Origin: Bacillota bacterium
Lineage (GTDB): Bacteria > Bacillota_I > Bacilli_A > Izemoplasmatales > Hujiaoplasmataceae
Reading direction: 5' to 3'
Assembly: GCA_018818595.1 (NCBI GenBank)
Contig: JAHIRM010000049.1
Location: 1 to 64,000, forward strand
DNA: 64,000 nt
Shown: in pieces, positions 31,559 to 41,700 of the stretch
Numbering within the stretch: position 1 is the stretch's first letter
Layout: every line of letters starts with the position of its first letter
Notes under the pieces: model-generated
What the model saw: the letters and a program-made list of their open reading frames with translations, nothing else
Database searches by the model: none
Told to the model about the DNA's origin: nothing
Translations under genes and position numbers: made by a program

Positions 31559-32307
31559 TGGAAATCAAATATCAAAAATCAAAAGGCTTAACAGATAAAC
31601 CATTAACATATTGTCCTGGATGTACTCATGGAATTATTCATAAATTAGTAGCAGAAGTATTAGAAGAACTTGATGTGTTAGGAAGTACTGTGGGTGTTGC
31701 AAGCGTAGGATGTTCTGTATTTTCTTATCAATTTTTTAATTGTGATATGCAACAAGCTCCTCATGGTAGAGCCTGTGCAGAGGCAACTGGAATCAAACGG
31801 GTTTTACCAGATAATATCGTTTTTACTTATCAAGGAGATGGAGACTTAGCATCTATTGGTATCGCAGAAACGATTCATGCAGCAAATCGCGGAGAAAACA
31901 TCACAGTCATTTTTGTGAATAACGCAATTTATGGTATGACAGGTGGACAAATGGCTCCGACTACATTAATTGGCCAAAAAACTACAACTTCTCCATTTGG
32001 TAGAAGTCTAGAGGTTACAGGAGGTCCGATAAAAATTAGTGAAATCTTTTCACAAATTGATGGAGTTGCCTATCTAGAAAGAGTCGCAACGTATAATCCA
32101 AAACAAGTGATAAGAGCAAAAAAAGCCATTAAAAAAGCATTTACTTATCAAAAAGAAAAAAGAGGATTTACATTAATTGAAGTATTATCAACTTGTCCTG
32201 TAAACTGGGGAATGAAACCTGTTGATGCCCTTAAATGGGTTGAAGATGCGATGACGCCAGTATTTCCACTTAAAGTCTTTAAGGATAAAGGTGAAATCAA
32301 TGAATGA
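31558..32307 (+). CDS. vorB: 2-oxoacid:ferredoxin oxidoreductase beta subunit (TPP-binding)
   Basis: GDG...N thiamine-PP binding motif (QGDGDLASIG...NN) and Cys ligands for a 4Fe-4S cluster. Confidence 0.85.
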   Translation: MEIKYQKSKGLTDKPLTYCPGCTHGIIHKLVAEVLEELDVLGSTVGVASVGCSVFSYQFFNCDMQQAPHGRACAEATGIKRVLPDNIVFTYQGDGDLASIGIAETIHAANRGENITVIFVNNAIYGMTGGQMAPTTLIGQKTTTSPFGRSLEVTGGPIKISEIFSQIDGVAYLERVATYNPKQVIRAKKAIKKAFTYQKEKRGFTLIEVLSTCPVNWGMKPVDALKWVEDAMTPVFPLKVFKDKGEINE

Positions 32308-32863
32308 TTCTACGAATATTAAAGTAGCTGGATTTGGTGGACAAGGAGTCATGATGTTTGGTCAAATTTTAGCCTATAGTGCTACAAATGATGAATTATA
32401 CGGACTTTGGTTTCCTTCTTATGGACCTGAAACAAGAGGAGGAACTGCAAATTGTTCTGTCATTATCTCTAAAAAAACGATTAATTCACCTGTGTTTCAA
32501 AAAGCAAATCATGTTATTGCCTTTAATGCACCATCCCTTGAAAAATTTAAAGATAAAATCAAAGAAAATGGTTTAATTTTATACAATTCTTCTTTAGTTA
32601 AAGAGCATATTTCATCAGATCAAGGTGTTTGCATAGGCGTACCAATTAATGATATTGCTGCTGAACTTGGCTCAATGCAAGTTGCCAACATGGTAATGAT
32701 GGGGGCATATTTAGAACTTACTAATTTGTTTTCAGATCAAACCATTCAAAAAATATTACATAAATTTTTAGGCGAGAAAAAAGCTCATATGGTTGATATC
32801 AATATGGAAGCCATTCAAAGAGGTAAAGATTATATTAAAGACTCAGGAGTAACTTATGCTTAA
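32291..32863 (+). CDS. vorC: 2-oxoacid:ferredoxin oxidoreductase gamma subunit
   Basis: GFGGQGV motif of POR/VOR gamma subunits. Confidence 0.8.
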   Translation: MKSMNDSTNIKVAGFGGQGVMMFGQILAYSATNDELYGLWFPSYGPETRGGTANCSVIISKKTINSPVFQKANHVIAFNAPSLEKFKDKIKENGLILYNSSLVKEHISSDQGVCIGVPINDIAAELGSMQVANMVMMGAYLELTNLFSDQTIQKILHKFLGEKKAHMVDINMEAIQRGKDYIKDSGVTYA

Positions 32864-33773
32864 AAATCTTGATGAATTAAGACATATCATTAAAGATGTA
32901 AAAAGAAAAAAAATGGCAGTAGTTTTTGCCCACGATGACGCAGTAATGAATGCAGTAAATGACGCATGCAAATTAAACATTATCGAACCAATTTTGATTG
33001 GAGATTCTGCGATTATTTCAAAGTATATTCAAGAACTTTCTCTTGAGCCTCCTTATCAAATCATTGAAGAACAAAACCCTGAAAGTGCTACTAAAATAGC
33101 ACTTGATTTGGTGAACGCTGGTGAAGTTGAGTTAATTATGAAAGGGCTTATTGATACCAAAATTTTATTAAAAGGTGTCGTAAACAAAGAATACGGAATC
33201 CGAGAAGCCACACTTTTATCGCATGTAGGAATTGTAAGTTTTCCAACTCTTGATCGAGTTTTGTTTGCAACTGATGGAGCTATGAATATTGAACCGAATG
33301 TAGAAGAAAAAATTATGTTGGTTCAAAATGCTGTCTTTTTAGCTAAAAGATTAGGGTATCATTGTCCAAAAGTTGGAATGGTTTCTGCAGTAGAAAAAGT
33401 GAATCCAAAAATTAAATCTACCCTTGATGCCAAGGAAGTAGTAGACTACTTTAATAAAGATGCTAACAAAGGATTCTTAATTGATGGTCCATTTGCGATT
33501 GATAATCTTGTATCAATGGAATCTGTTCATCACAAAGGCATTGTTAGTGATGTTGCAGGTGTAGCTGATATTTTAGTTTTTCCTAATTTAGATGGTGGAA
33601 ATATTTTTTATAAAACTTCTGTGTTTTTAGCTTCTGGGGATTCTGCAGGAATTATCATTGGAGCAAAAGTTCCCATTATACTTACAAGTCGAGCAGATTC
33701 AAGAATTTCAAAACTAAACTCAATCTTATTGGCGGTGGTGAATCAAGATGGATTACTTGCAATTAGTCATTAA
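32856..33773 (+). CDS. ptb: phosphate butyryltransferase (phosphotransacylase)
   Basis: Pta/Ptb family, about 300 aa; overlaps the neighbouring genes. Confidence 0.85.
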   Translation: MLKNLDELRHIIKDVKRKKMAVVFAHDDAVMNAVNDACKLNIIEPILIGDSAIISKYIQELSLEPPYQIIEEQNPESATKIALDLVNAGEVELIMKGLIDTKILLKGVVNKEYGIREATLLSHVGIVSFPTLDRVLFATDGAMNIEPNVEEKIMLVQNAVFLAKRLGYHCPKVGMVSAVEKVNPKIKSTLDAKEVVDYFNKDANKGFLIDGPFAIDNLVSMESVHHKGIVSDVAGVADILVFPNLDGGNIFYKTSVFLASGDSAGIIIGAKVPIILTSRADSRISKLNSILLAVVNQDGLLAISH

Positions 33774-34818
33774 CCCAGGATCTACTTCAACAAAAGTAGC
33801 AATCTTTATTAACGATAAATTAATTCAAGAATCAAATCTAAAACATGATGTTCATGAGTTGAAAAAATTTCCAACGATTATTGATCAACTCAATTTTAGA
33901 AAGCAAATCATTACCAATTTTTTAACAGAATGCCGATATGCACCTGAGAACATCGATGTGTTTGTTGGAAGAGGAGGAATGCTTAAACCTTTGAAACATG
34001 GTGGAGCATACTTAATAACTGAAGAGATGCTTTCTGACTTAAAGACATGTAAATACGGGTCTCACGCATCAAATCTTGGAGCCTTGATTGCTTCTGATTT
34101 TGCAAAGCCTTTAAATAAGCCCGCCTATATAGTTGATCCAGTCTGTGTAGATGAAATTGATGATTTAGCTCGAGTTTCTGGATTAAAAGGCATTGAAAGA
34201 ACCAGTGTGTTTCACGTGTTAAATCAAAGAGCTATCGCGAGAAAACATGCAAAATTTCTTGGAAAAGAATATTCAGATTTAAACTTAATTGTTTGCCATT
34301 TAGGTGGAGGAATTAGTGTTGGACTCCATAAAAAAGGTAAAGTGGTAGATGTAAATAATGCGTTAGGTGGAGATGGTCCTTTTTCTTCTGAACGTGCAGG
34401 AACCCTTCCAAGTTTTCCTTTAGTAGATATTTGTTTTTCTGGAATTTATTCGAAAGAACAAGTAAAAAAAATGCTTGTAGGTAATGGAGGATTGGTTTCT
34501 TATTTAGGAACTTCTAATGGCCTTGAAATAGATAAGCGAATTAAAGCTGGAGATGAAGAAGCTGAGTTCTATTTTAAAGCAATGGCTTATAGAGTTGTAA
34601 AGGAAATTGGTAGTTTATATTTCGTTGCCTCAGGAAAAATTGATGGAGTCGTTATAACTGGCGGGTTAGCTAACAATCAAATCTTTATTAACTATCTTAA
34701 AGACTATATACATCCTATCATTCCAATTTCTATCTATCCTGGTGAAGACGAAATGAGAGCTTTAGCAGAAGGGACTTTAAGAGTTCTACAAAATCAAGAT
34801 ATTACACAAGTATATTAA
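33748..34818 (+). CDS. buk: butyrate (branched-chain fatty acid) kinase
   Basis: ASKHG-family acetate/butyrate kinase motifs; overlaps the ptb end. Confidence 0.9.
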   Translation: MDYLQLVINPGSTSTKVAIFINDKLIQESNLKHDVHELKKFPTIIDQLNFRKQIITNFLTECRYAPENIDVFVGRGGMLKPLKHGGAYLITEEMLSDLKTCKYGSHASNLGALIASDFAKPLNKPAYIVDPVCVDEIDDLARVSGLKGIERTSVFHVLNQRAIARKHAKFLGKEYSDLNLIVCHLGGGISVGLHKKGKVVDVNNALGGDGPFSSERAGTLPSFPLVDICFSGIYSKEQVKKMLVGNGGLVSYLGTSNGLEIDKRIKAGDEEAEFYFKAMAYRVVKEIGSLYFVASGKIDGVVITGGLANNQIFINYLKDYIHPIIPISIYPGEDEMRALAEGTLRVLQNQDITQVY

Positions 34819-34860
34819 AAGACAACCTCTTTCAAATAGAGGTTGTCTTTTTCTTGTTTT
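34819..34860 (+). terminator. Rho-independent terminator after buk
   Basis: aagacaacctct / agaggttgtctt 12-bp stem followed by a T-run. Confidence 0.7.
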
Positions 34861-34938
34861 TTTAAATTAGTGATATACTATTTATAAGGTTAATCCATTT
34901 ACTGTTTTAGTAATTGATAAAAAATAAGGAGTACTTAG

Positions 34939-35676
34939 ATGAAAATTATGTCTTTTAATGTAAGAATTAATGTTGAAGTAGATAAAATGAATTCTTGGGA
35001 GTATCGAAAAGATGAAGTTGCCAAATTCATTAATAAGGAACATCCCGATATTATAGGACTTCAAGAGCCAAATCTGGAAATGCTTGATTATTTAATGGAT
35101 AAATTAACAAGATATCGGATGGTTGGACTACCACGCTCAAATAATGGAGAATTTACACCTATTTTGTACGACACCTTAAAGCTAACTCTTGTTTTTACTG
35201 AAACTTTTTGGTTATCAGATTCACCTAATAAAGAAAGTAGATTTGAAACGAGTTTCTACATTAGAATTGCCACATATGGGTTATTCAAAACAAACGAAGA
35301 TAAATTCATAAGTGTAGTTAATACTCATCTTGATTATCAAAGTGAAGAAATTCAGTGTATGCAAATGAAAGTAATTCTTGATTATTTAAAACAAAAGACA
35401 ATTTATCCACAAGTTATTATGGGAGATTTTAATGCCATTCCTTCTGCAAGCATTCATCAATTATTGCATGAAAACGAATTTAAAAGCATTTATCTTGGCG
35501 AACAATTACTTTGCAATACTTTTCATGGGTTTACTGGAATTACCAAGGGAGAACCCATTGATTACATTTATGTTTCAAAGCATTTAAAATCGATTCACTC
35601 CAAAATATTGGATCAAAAAAATACAGAGAATTATTTATCAGACCATTTTCCCGTTACAGTCGAAATAACGATTTGA
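34939..35676 (+). CDS. endonuclease/exonuclease/phosphatase (EEP) family protein
   Basis: EEP signature elements (N-terminal FNV, LQE, C-terminal SDHFPV); no signal peptide. Confidence 0.7.
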   Translation: MKIMSFNVRINVEVDKMNSWEYRKDEVAKFINKEHPDIIGLQEPNLEMLDYLMDKLTRYRMVGLPRSNNGEFTPILYDTLKLTLVFTETFWLSDSPNKESRFETSFYIRIATYGLFKTNEDKFISVVNTHLDYQSEEIQCMQMKVILDYLKQKTIYPQVIMGDFNAIPSASIHQLLHENEFKSIYLGEQLLCNTFHGFTGITKGEPIDYIYVSKHLKSIHSKILDQKNTENYLSDHFPVTVEITI

Positions 35677-35828
35677 AGAAGATATATTTAATTTATTTTT
35701 CTGTTTCCATTACACTTAAAAAGGCTATATATATTTTGCTAATTATGAAAATATTTTCACAAATTCATGAATTAAATCTCGATTATTTTAAATATAGGTA
35801 AACGTTTACAATATTTTTAACAAAACAC

Positions 35829-35858
35829 TTGACAATTGCTATCACAATTCAATATAAT
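35829..35858 (+). promoter_or_regulatory. sigma-A type promoter TTGACA-18-TATAAT upstream of the GDPD surface-protein gene
   Basis: Consensus hexamers at 35829-35834 and 35853-35858. Confidence 0.55.
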
Positions 35859-35901
35859 AGATTTAGGAAACCGATTTCCTTAAAAACAACAGGGGGTATT
35901 T

Positions 35902-38718
35902 ATGAAAAAAATCCTTAGTATATTTTCCATACTAATTTTAACCTTAACTATGTTAGGGTTTTTAAGTTTTGATAAATTGCTTGTTCAAGCAGAAGGAGAA
36001 GATGATGTGTTTGTTCTTCGAGAGACAAGACCCTATCTATTCGTAGATTTTGGAGTTGACATAGATTTAACTACAATTGCTTATAAAACAATTGCAGAAG
36101 ATGTACTATTATCAAATGGAGATTTAACTGATTTGAGTGCCTCTTTAGTACAAACTGGTGACTTGTTGCAAGCTTCATCGGCAGGAATTCATACATTTAC
36201 TTTTACTTCTGGCGAGGAATCAATCAAAATATATGTTTTTGCCAAAGCGGTAGAAGATACTGAATACATTATTTATGAAGAAAATTTTGATGGACTTTCA
36301 GACGGAGCTATTCCTTCTGATTTTACACTTGTAAAAGGGGCAGCAGGAATTGAAAATGAATATTTATATTTAGATTCCCCTGCAACATCAACTCCATCGC
36401 AAGTTCTTTTACCGGAATATTTAAAAGGATTTAAAAATTACATTATTGAAACCGATTTTACACTTCTAAGTGCAGTTGAGTCTACACGCTGGGCATCTGT
36501 AATGTATCGATTTAGCCTTGATAATTATTTTCAAATGGCGATAAGACAAAACGCAACTGCTGATAATGGAGTTGAGTTTGCCAAAGCCATCAATGGTAAC
36601 TGGAACGTTCCGATTACCATTGCTTATTCTGAGGCAATTAATCCTGCCACAACATATCGTTTAAAAATTGATTTAAAAGGATCCGTTGTAAAAGAATCGA
36701 TTAATGATTCATTGCTTATCACTTATGAGAGTGCATCTGATTATTCGAGTGGTTATATTGGGATGCAATCAAGTGGTTCCAAAGCCATCTATGATAATAT
36801 CAAAATCACTATGCCAGTAGAGTACATTGATAATTCCACGGTAGAATATTCTAATATTCCTGTATTATATACCCCTGAATCAGGAATAATCGTTGCGCCT
36901 ACCGCAATCAAAACAATTGACTCTTTAGAAGATATTCAAGCTTTAGGAGACGAAATCAGACCAGCAACTGCTTTTTTAAGAATAAACAGTAATTTTGATG
37001 TTGTAAAAGCCAATGGACTTCCAATTTGTACATTTATGGAAGCATTAGATGCAGCAAAAGATAAAGTAATTCCTGCATTTTATACAAAAAACAATGAAAT
37101 TGCTTTAACGATAGCTTCCATGCTTAAAACTTACGGAGTAAGAGATGCATTTATTGTTTCTCCTAACATTTCGGTTATTCAAACAGCAAGAGCTGAATAC
37201 AATATGTTAAGAGGAATTTTAGAAATTTCATATGATAATACAAATCCTGTTTTATCCGATGCAGATTTACTTGAAATTCGGGATAATACAAATATTGCTG
37301 GTGCTGTAGCTACCATCCTTCCTATCGAATACACAAATCAATACAATGTATTTTATTTACAACATCGTTTGATTACAGTATGGGCTGAAACAAGTGATTT
37401 AGGAAACGAAGCAATGCTTGAAGCAATTTTATCTGGATCCAATGGTATTGTTACAGACGATTATTTATCCTTATTTGATTTATATGCGACGTTTCCAGAA
37501 AATACTTTGATTCGTAGACCATTAATTATTGGCCATAGAGGAATGTCAACTGAAGCTCCAGAAAACACAGTAGAAGGATCTGTACTTGCTATGAATGCTG
37601 GTGCTGATGTGGTCGAGTTAGATATTTATTTATCGCTTGACAATGAAATTATAGTTATGCATGATGCTACAACGACTAGAACGACAAATGGCTCTTTGAT
37701 AGTAGAAGAATCTACTTTAGCTCAATTAAGAGAATTAACTATGAATGATACGTTTGGAACATTCCCAGATATTCCTGTTCCAACACTTGAAGAATATTTT
37801 GAGACTTTTAAAGGAGAAGATTTAGTTCTATTTATTGAAATTAAAAGTTCAAACGTTGAAATTGTTGATTATTTAAAATTATTAATTGATGAATATGATT
37901 TTAGTGATCAAGTAGTTGTGATTTCATTTATTGGAACTCAAATTACAAAAATGAGAGAAGTACTTCCTAATATCTCTGTTGGATATTTATCAACAGGATT
38001 AATCAATTCAGCAAATTTAGAATCCAGTATTATTGCAACCTTAAACTCTGTTGTTCCTGCAAAAACAACCATTAATCCTGAATATTCTCCACTTACAGAT
38101 GTATACATTCAAGAAATGAATCATCGTGGACTTACCATTTGGCCTTGGACGTTAAGCACTCCTGAAAATGTATATACTTATTATTTAAAAGGAGTTGGAG
38201 GAATTACAACCGATATTACTTCCATTTTACAAAATGAATTTAATCGATTTACGATGAATCAACTATCTTACACCTATGATTTAGCTGAACCTGCTCAAAT
38301 TTCACTTAGAGGAAACATCATGACTCCAAAAGGATTTAGTTATCCTTACATTCCAACTCTTGAAATATATAGTGATACTGGTACAGGTATTGTTATAGAT
38401 AGTTCAAGTAATGTAACCGAAATGACAACTGTTGGAAATACAGTTTTAATGGCTTCGTTCACTACAACGCTCGCAAGTGGTGAAGAAGTGACTATTTATA
38501 GCGATTTAATTCAAATTGAAGTGATTGACACAACTGAAGAAATTGTCGATCCAGATCCGGTAGACCCAGATCCGGTAGACCCAGATCCAGTTGATCCAGA
38601 TCCAGTTGATGATACAAACCCACTTGGATGGATTATTGGAGCAATCTCTGGAGGAGTAGTCTTTATAACGGGATTTATTTTCTTGGGAATTCGTTTTCTC
38701 AAGAAACCAAAAATATAA
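35902..38718 (+). CDS. secreted/surface glycerophosphodiester phosphodiesterase (GDPD domain), 938 aa, with (PDPVD)n linker and C-terminal TM anchor
   Basis: N-terminal signal peptide; GDPD catalytic motif HRGMSTEAPENTVEG...ELDIYLSLDNEIIVMHD; C-terminal VDPDPVDPDPVDPDPVDPDPVDD followed by a hydrophobic helix and KKPKI tail; no LPXTG. Confidence 0.75.
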   Translation: MKKILSIFSILILTLTMLGFLSFDKLLVQAEGEDDVFVLRETRPYLFVDFGVDIDLTTIAYKTIAEDVLLSNGDLTDLSASLVQTGDLLQASSAGIHTFTFTSGEESIKIYVFAKAVEDTEYIIYEENFDGLSDGAIPSDFTLVKGAAGIENEYLYLDSPATSTPSQVLLPEYLKGFKNYIIETDFTLLSAVESTRWASVMYRFSLDNYFQMAIRQNATADNGVEFAKAINGNWNVPITIAYSEAINPATTYRLKIDLKGSVVKESINDSLLITYESASDYSSGYIGMQSSGSKAIYDNIKITMPVEYIDNSTVEYSNIPVLYTPESGIIVAPTAIKTIDSLEDIQALGDEIRPATAFLRINSNFDVVKANGLPICTFMEALDAAKDKVIPAFYTKNNEIALTIASMLKTYGVRDAFIVSPNISVIQTARAEYNMLRGILEISYDNTNPVLSDADLLEIRDNTNIAGAVATILPIEYTNQYNVFYLQHRLITVWAETSDLGNEAMLEAILSGSNGIVTDDYLSLFDLYATFPENTLIRRPLIIGHRGMSTEAPENTVEGSVLAMNAGADVVELDIYLSLDNEIIVMHDATTTRTTNGSLIVEESTLAQLRELTMNDTFGTFPDIPVPTLEEYFETFKGEDLVLFIEIKSSNVEIVDYLKLLIDEYDFSDQVVVISFIGTQITKMREVLPNISVGYLSTGLINSANLESSIIATLNSVVPAKTTINPEYSPLTDVYIQEMNHRGLTIWPWTLSTPENVYTYYLKGVGGITTDITSILQNEFNRFTMNQLSYTYDLAEPAQISLRGNIMTPKGFSYPYIPTLEIYSDTGTGIVIDSSSNVTEMTTVGNTVLMASFTTTLASGEEVTIYSDLIQIEVIDTTEEIVDPDPVDPDPVDPDPVDPDPVDDTNPLGWIIGAISGGVVFITGFIFLGIRFLKKPKI
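38548..38607 (+). repeat. in-frame 15-bp tandem repeat x4 encoding (DPDPV)4
   Basis: gatccagatccggta / gacccagatccggta / gacccagatccagtt / gatccagatccagtt. Confidence 0.85.
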
Positions 38719-38740
38719 AAATTTTATTTAAGGAGGACTT

Positions 38741-41700
38741 ATGAAAAAATTATTTTTAATCTTCGTGATGTTTTTTGCACTATTTAGTGTTATTGCTTGT
38801 ACTGAAGTGACTACTACAACTACTACGACACAAGCAACAACGACTACTACAACTACGACTACTGCAACTACCACCACGACAACAGTAACAGAAGAACCTG
38901 ATGTTACTGACCCGATTTTAATGGGAATTACAGATGTAACCATCTATGTGGGTGATGCCTTTGATCCTTGGGATGGGGTTTCAGCACTTGACAATCATGA
39001 TGGAACTATTACAGCAGATATTCAACTTTCAGGAGACTATGATATTACAGTTCCTGGAACGTACACTCTTACTTATACTGTTTTTGACCTTGCTGGAAAT
39101 TCCGCAGTAGATTCAAGAACTCTAAGAGTTAAAGAAGCTTTATTAAACACCTTTTATATTGTAAACGGTGACTTCTCTGACGTTTTAGAAGCTCCTTGGG
39201 GACACTGGGCTGGAGATGGCGGCGCTGGTAGCGCAACTATCGTTGAAGGCGTTTTAAATTACGTTGTTACAGCAATTGGATCTTTAACCTATTCAAATCA
39301 ATTCTCTCAAGTAGATCGAATTGTAGAAACAGGTAAGATTTATCAAGTTAGCTTTAGAGCAAAAGCCGATACTGGCCGTCCAATGATTATTCAATTGGAA
39401 GATAGAACAACTTATTTAAAATATTGGTCAGCAACAATTGATGTTACAACTGACTGGGTTGTTTATGAATTTGCATTTGAAGTAACTAACCCTTCAATGA
39501 CTACAGGAAAACTTGGTTTCTTTTTAGGCGCAATTGGAACAACTTCTGTTCCTACAACTGTCTATCTTGATGACGTAGCTATTACAGAATTAGAAGAGTT
39601 ACCTGGAGATCATACTGCTCCAACTCTTAGTGGAGTTGGCGCCTATACTTCTGAAATTGGATTGCCATTTAATCCATTACAAGGTGTTACTGTAACTGAT
39701 GATTTTGATTTAACTTTAACAGTTGATGATATCGTTATTGTTGGAACGGTTGATATTAATACAGCCGATGTTTATACACTTACTTATACAATTGAAGATG
39801 CATCAGGAAACAGTCGAGAATATACAAGAGAAGTAACCGTATCCTTGACACCTCCTCCATCAACATTTGTTGTTCCAAATGGCGATTTTGCTATTGATCA
39901 AGCAACTTCATCTGCTGAAGGATGGCTATGGAAAACAGGTGGAAATGGCGCAGCATTTACTGCTGAAATCGTCGATGGAAATGCTGAAATCGTAGTTACA
40001 GCTTTAGGTGACGTTCCTCATGGAGTTCAATTCTATCTATTAAACAGAGTAGTTGAACAAGGAAGAACTTACCGAATTTCATTTGATGTAAAAGCATTAA
40101 ATGCAAGACCTATCCAAGTTGTATTAGAAAATGCAGCTTATACTCGTCAATTTGATTATACTTATAACGTTACAACCGAGTGGCAAACAATTACGTTTGA
40201 TTATTATCGTTCGAATGAAACAATTAATACTGCAAAATTTGCTTTCTTTGCAGGACTTGTAGGAACAACATCTGTTCCAACAACATTCTATATCGATAAT
40301 ATTACAATTGAAGCTATTCCAACTTTACCAGATACAGAAGCTCCAGTTATTACTGGTATTGATGATATTACAATAGCGATTGGAGATACTTTTGACGAAT
40401 TATTTGGAGTCGGAGTTACCGATAATAAAGACGGATCATTACGAATCGTTGATATCGCTATTACAGGCTTAGATACTCTTGATACATCTGTTGCAGGAGA
40501 ATACACTTTAACGTATTCAATTACAGATGCTTCTGGAAATACTGCAACTGAAACAAGAATCGTTACCGTTGCTGAAGGAATTGCACCTACAACATTTACT
40601 GTTGTAAACGGTGATTTCTCAAGAGATCAACTAGTTTCCGTAACAACCAATGGATGGTTATGGAAAATTAGTGGTTCAGGCGCATTTACTGCTAAAATAC
40701 AAAATGGAATTGCCGAAATTAATGTAACAAATGTAGGAATTGTTCCTCATGGTGTTCAATTCTATCAAGATTCTAGAATCACGGTTACTGACGCAGTCTA
40801 TTTAATTACATTTAGAGCAAAAGCAGATATGCCTCGTCCAATTAGAGTTGTGTTAGAAAACACTGCTAACTGGTCAAACATAATGTATGCTGACTTTAAT
40901 CTTACTACTGAATGGGCTACCTATACGATAGAGTACAATAATACAGGCGCAGGAATCACTACAGCTAAATTCGGATTTTTCTTAGGTGCTGTATTAGGAA
41001 CTAGTGTTCCAACTACTATTTATTTAGATGATGTATCCATCGTTACGATTGCAGAAGCTACAGATACCGTTGCTCCAGCTCTTATTGGAGTAGATGATAC
41101 CATTTTAATTCAAGGAAATGCATTTGATCCATTACTTGGAGTTAGAGTATGGGATTTCAATGATAAATTATTAACTGCAGAAGATATCATTATTACAGGA
41201 ACTGTAGATCATACAACTCTTGGATCCTATGACTTAGTTTATACAGTTACAGATGCTGCAGATCACGTGACACAAGTTACAAGAACCATTACTGTTGTAG
41301 CATCAGGACTTCCTTCGACCTTTACGGTTGTTAATGGAGATTTCGAAATTCCACAAGCAATTTCTGGAACCGATGGAACTCTTTGGAACTGGAAAACAAG
41401 TGGAACGGGTGCCTTTACTTTAGCGATTGATGAAGGAATTGCAACTGTCAATGTAACAAGCTTAGGAACTGTTCCTTATGGAGTACAATTCTTCCAACTA
41501 AGCCGTGTTATAGAATATGGAAGTATTTATAAAGTTACCTTTAAAGCAAAAGCTGATATTGCAAGACCTATTCAATTTGCAGTTGAAGGTGGATCTTCAA
41601 GTACAAACCGTTTGTACGATGAAATCTTTGATATTTCAACAGAATGGGTAACTTATGAAACAGAAGTTTGTATCACAAATAGTTTTAGTTTCAATAATGG

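Noticed and set aside
38548-38607. Possible CRISPR-like or minisatellite array
   Set aside because: The 15-bp units are contiguous with no spacers, are in-frame and encode (DPDPV)4. This is a coding tandem repeat and not CRISPR. No cas genes are present and no repeat-spacer arrays occur anywhere in the window.
38728-38943. Minus-strand ORF encoding poly-Val (…VVVVVAVVVVVV…)
   Set aside because: It is the antisense of the ACN-codon poly-Thr linker of the large lipoprotein gene, so it is a low-complexity artefact and not a gene.
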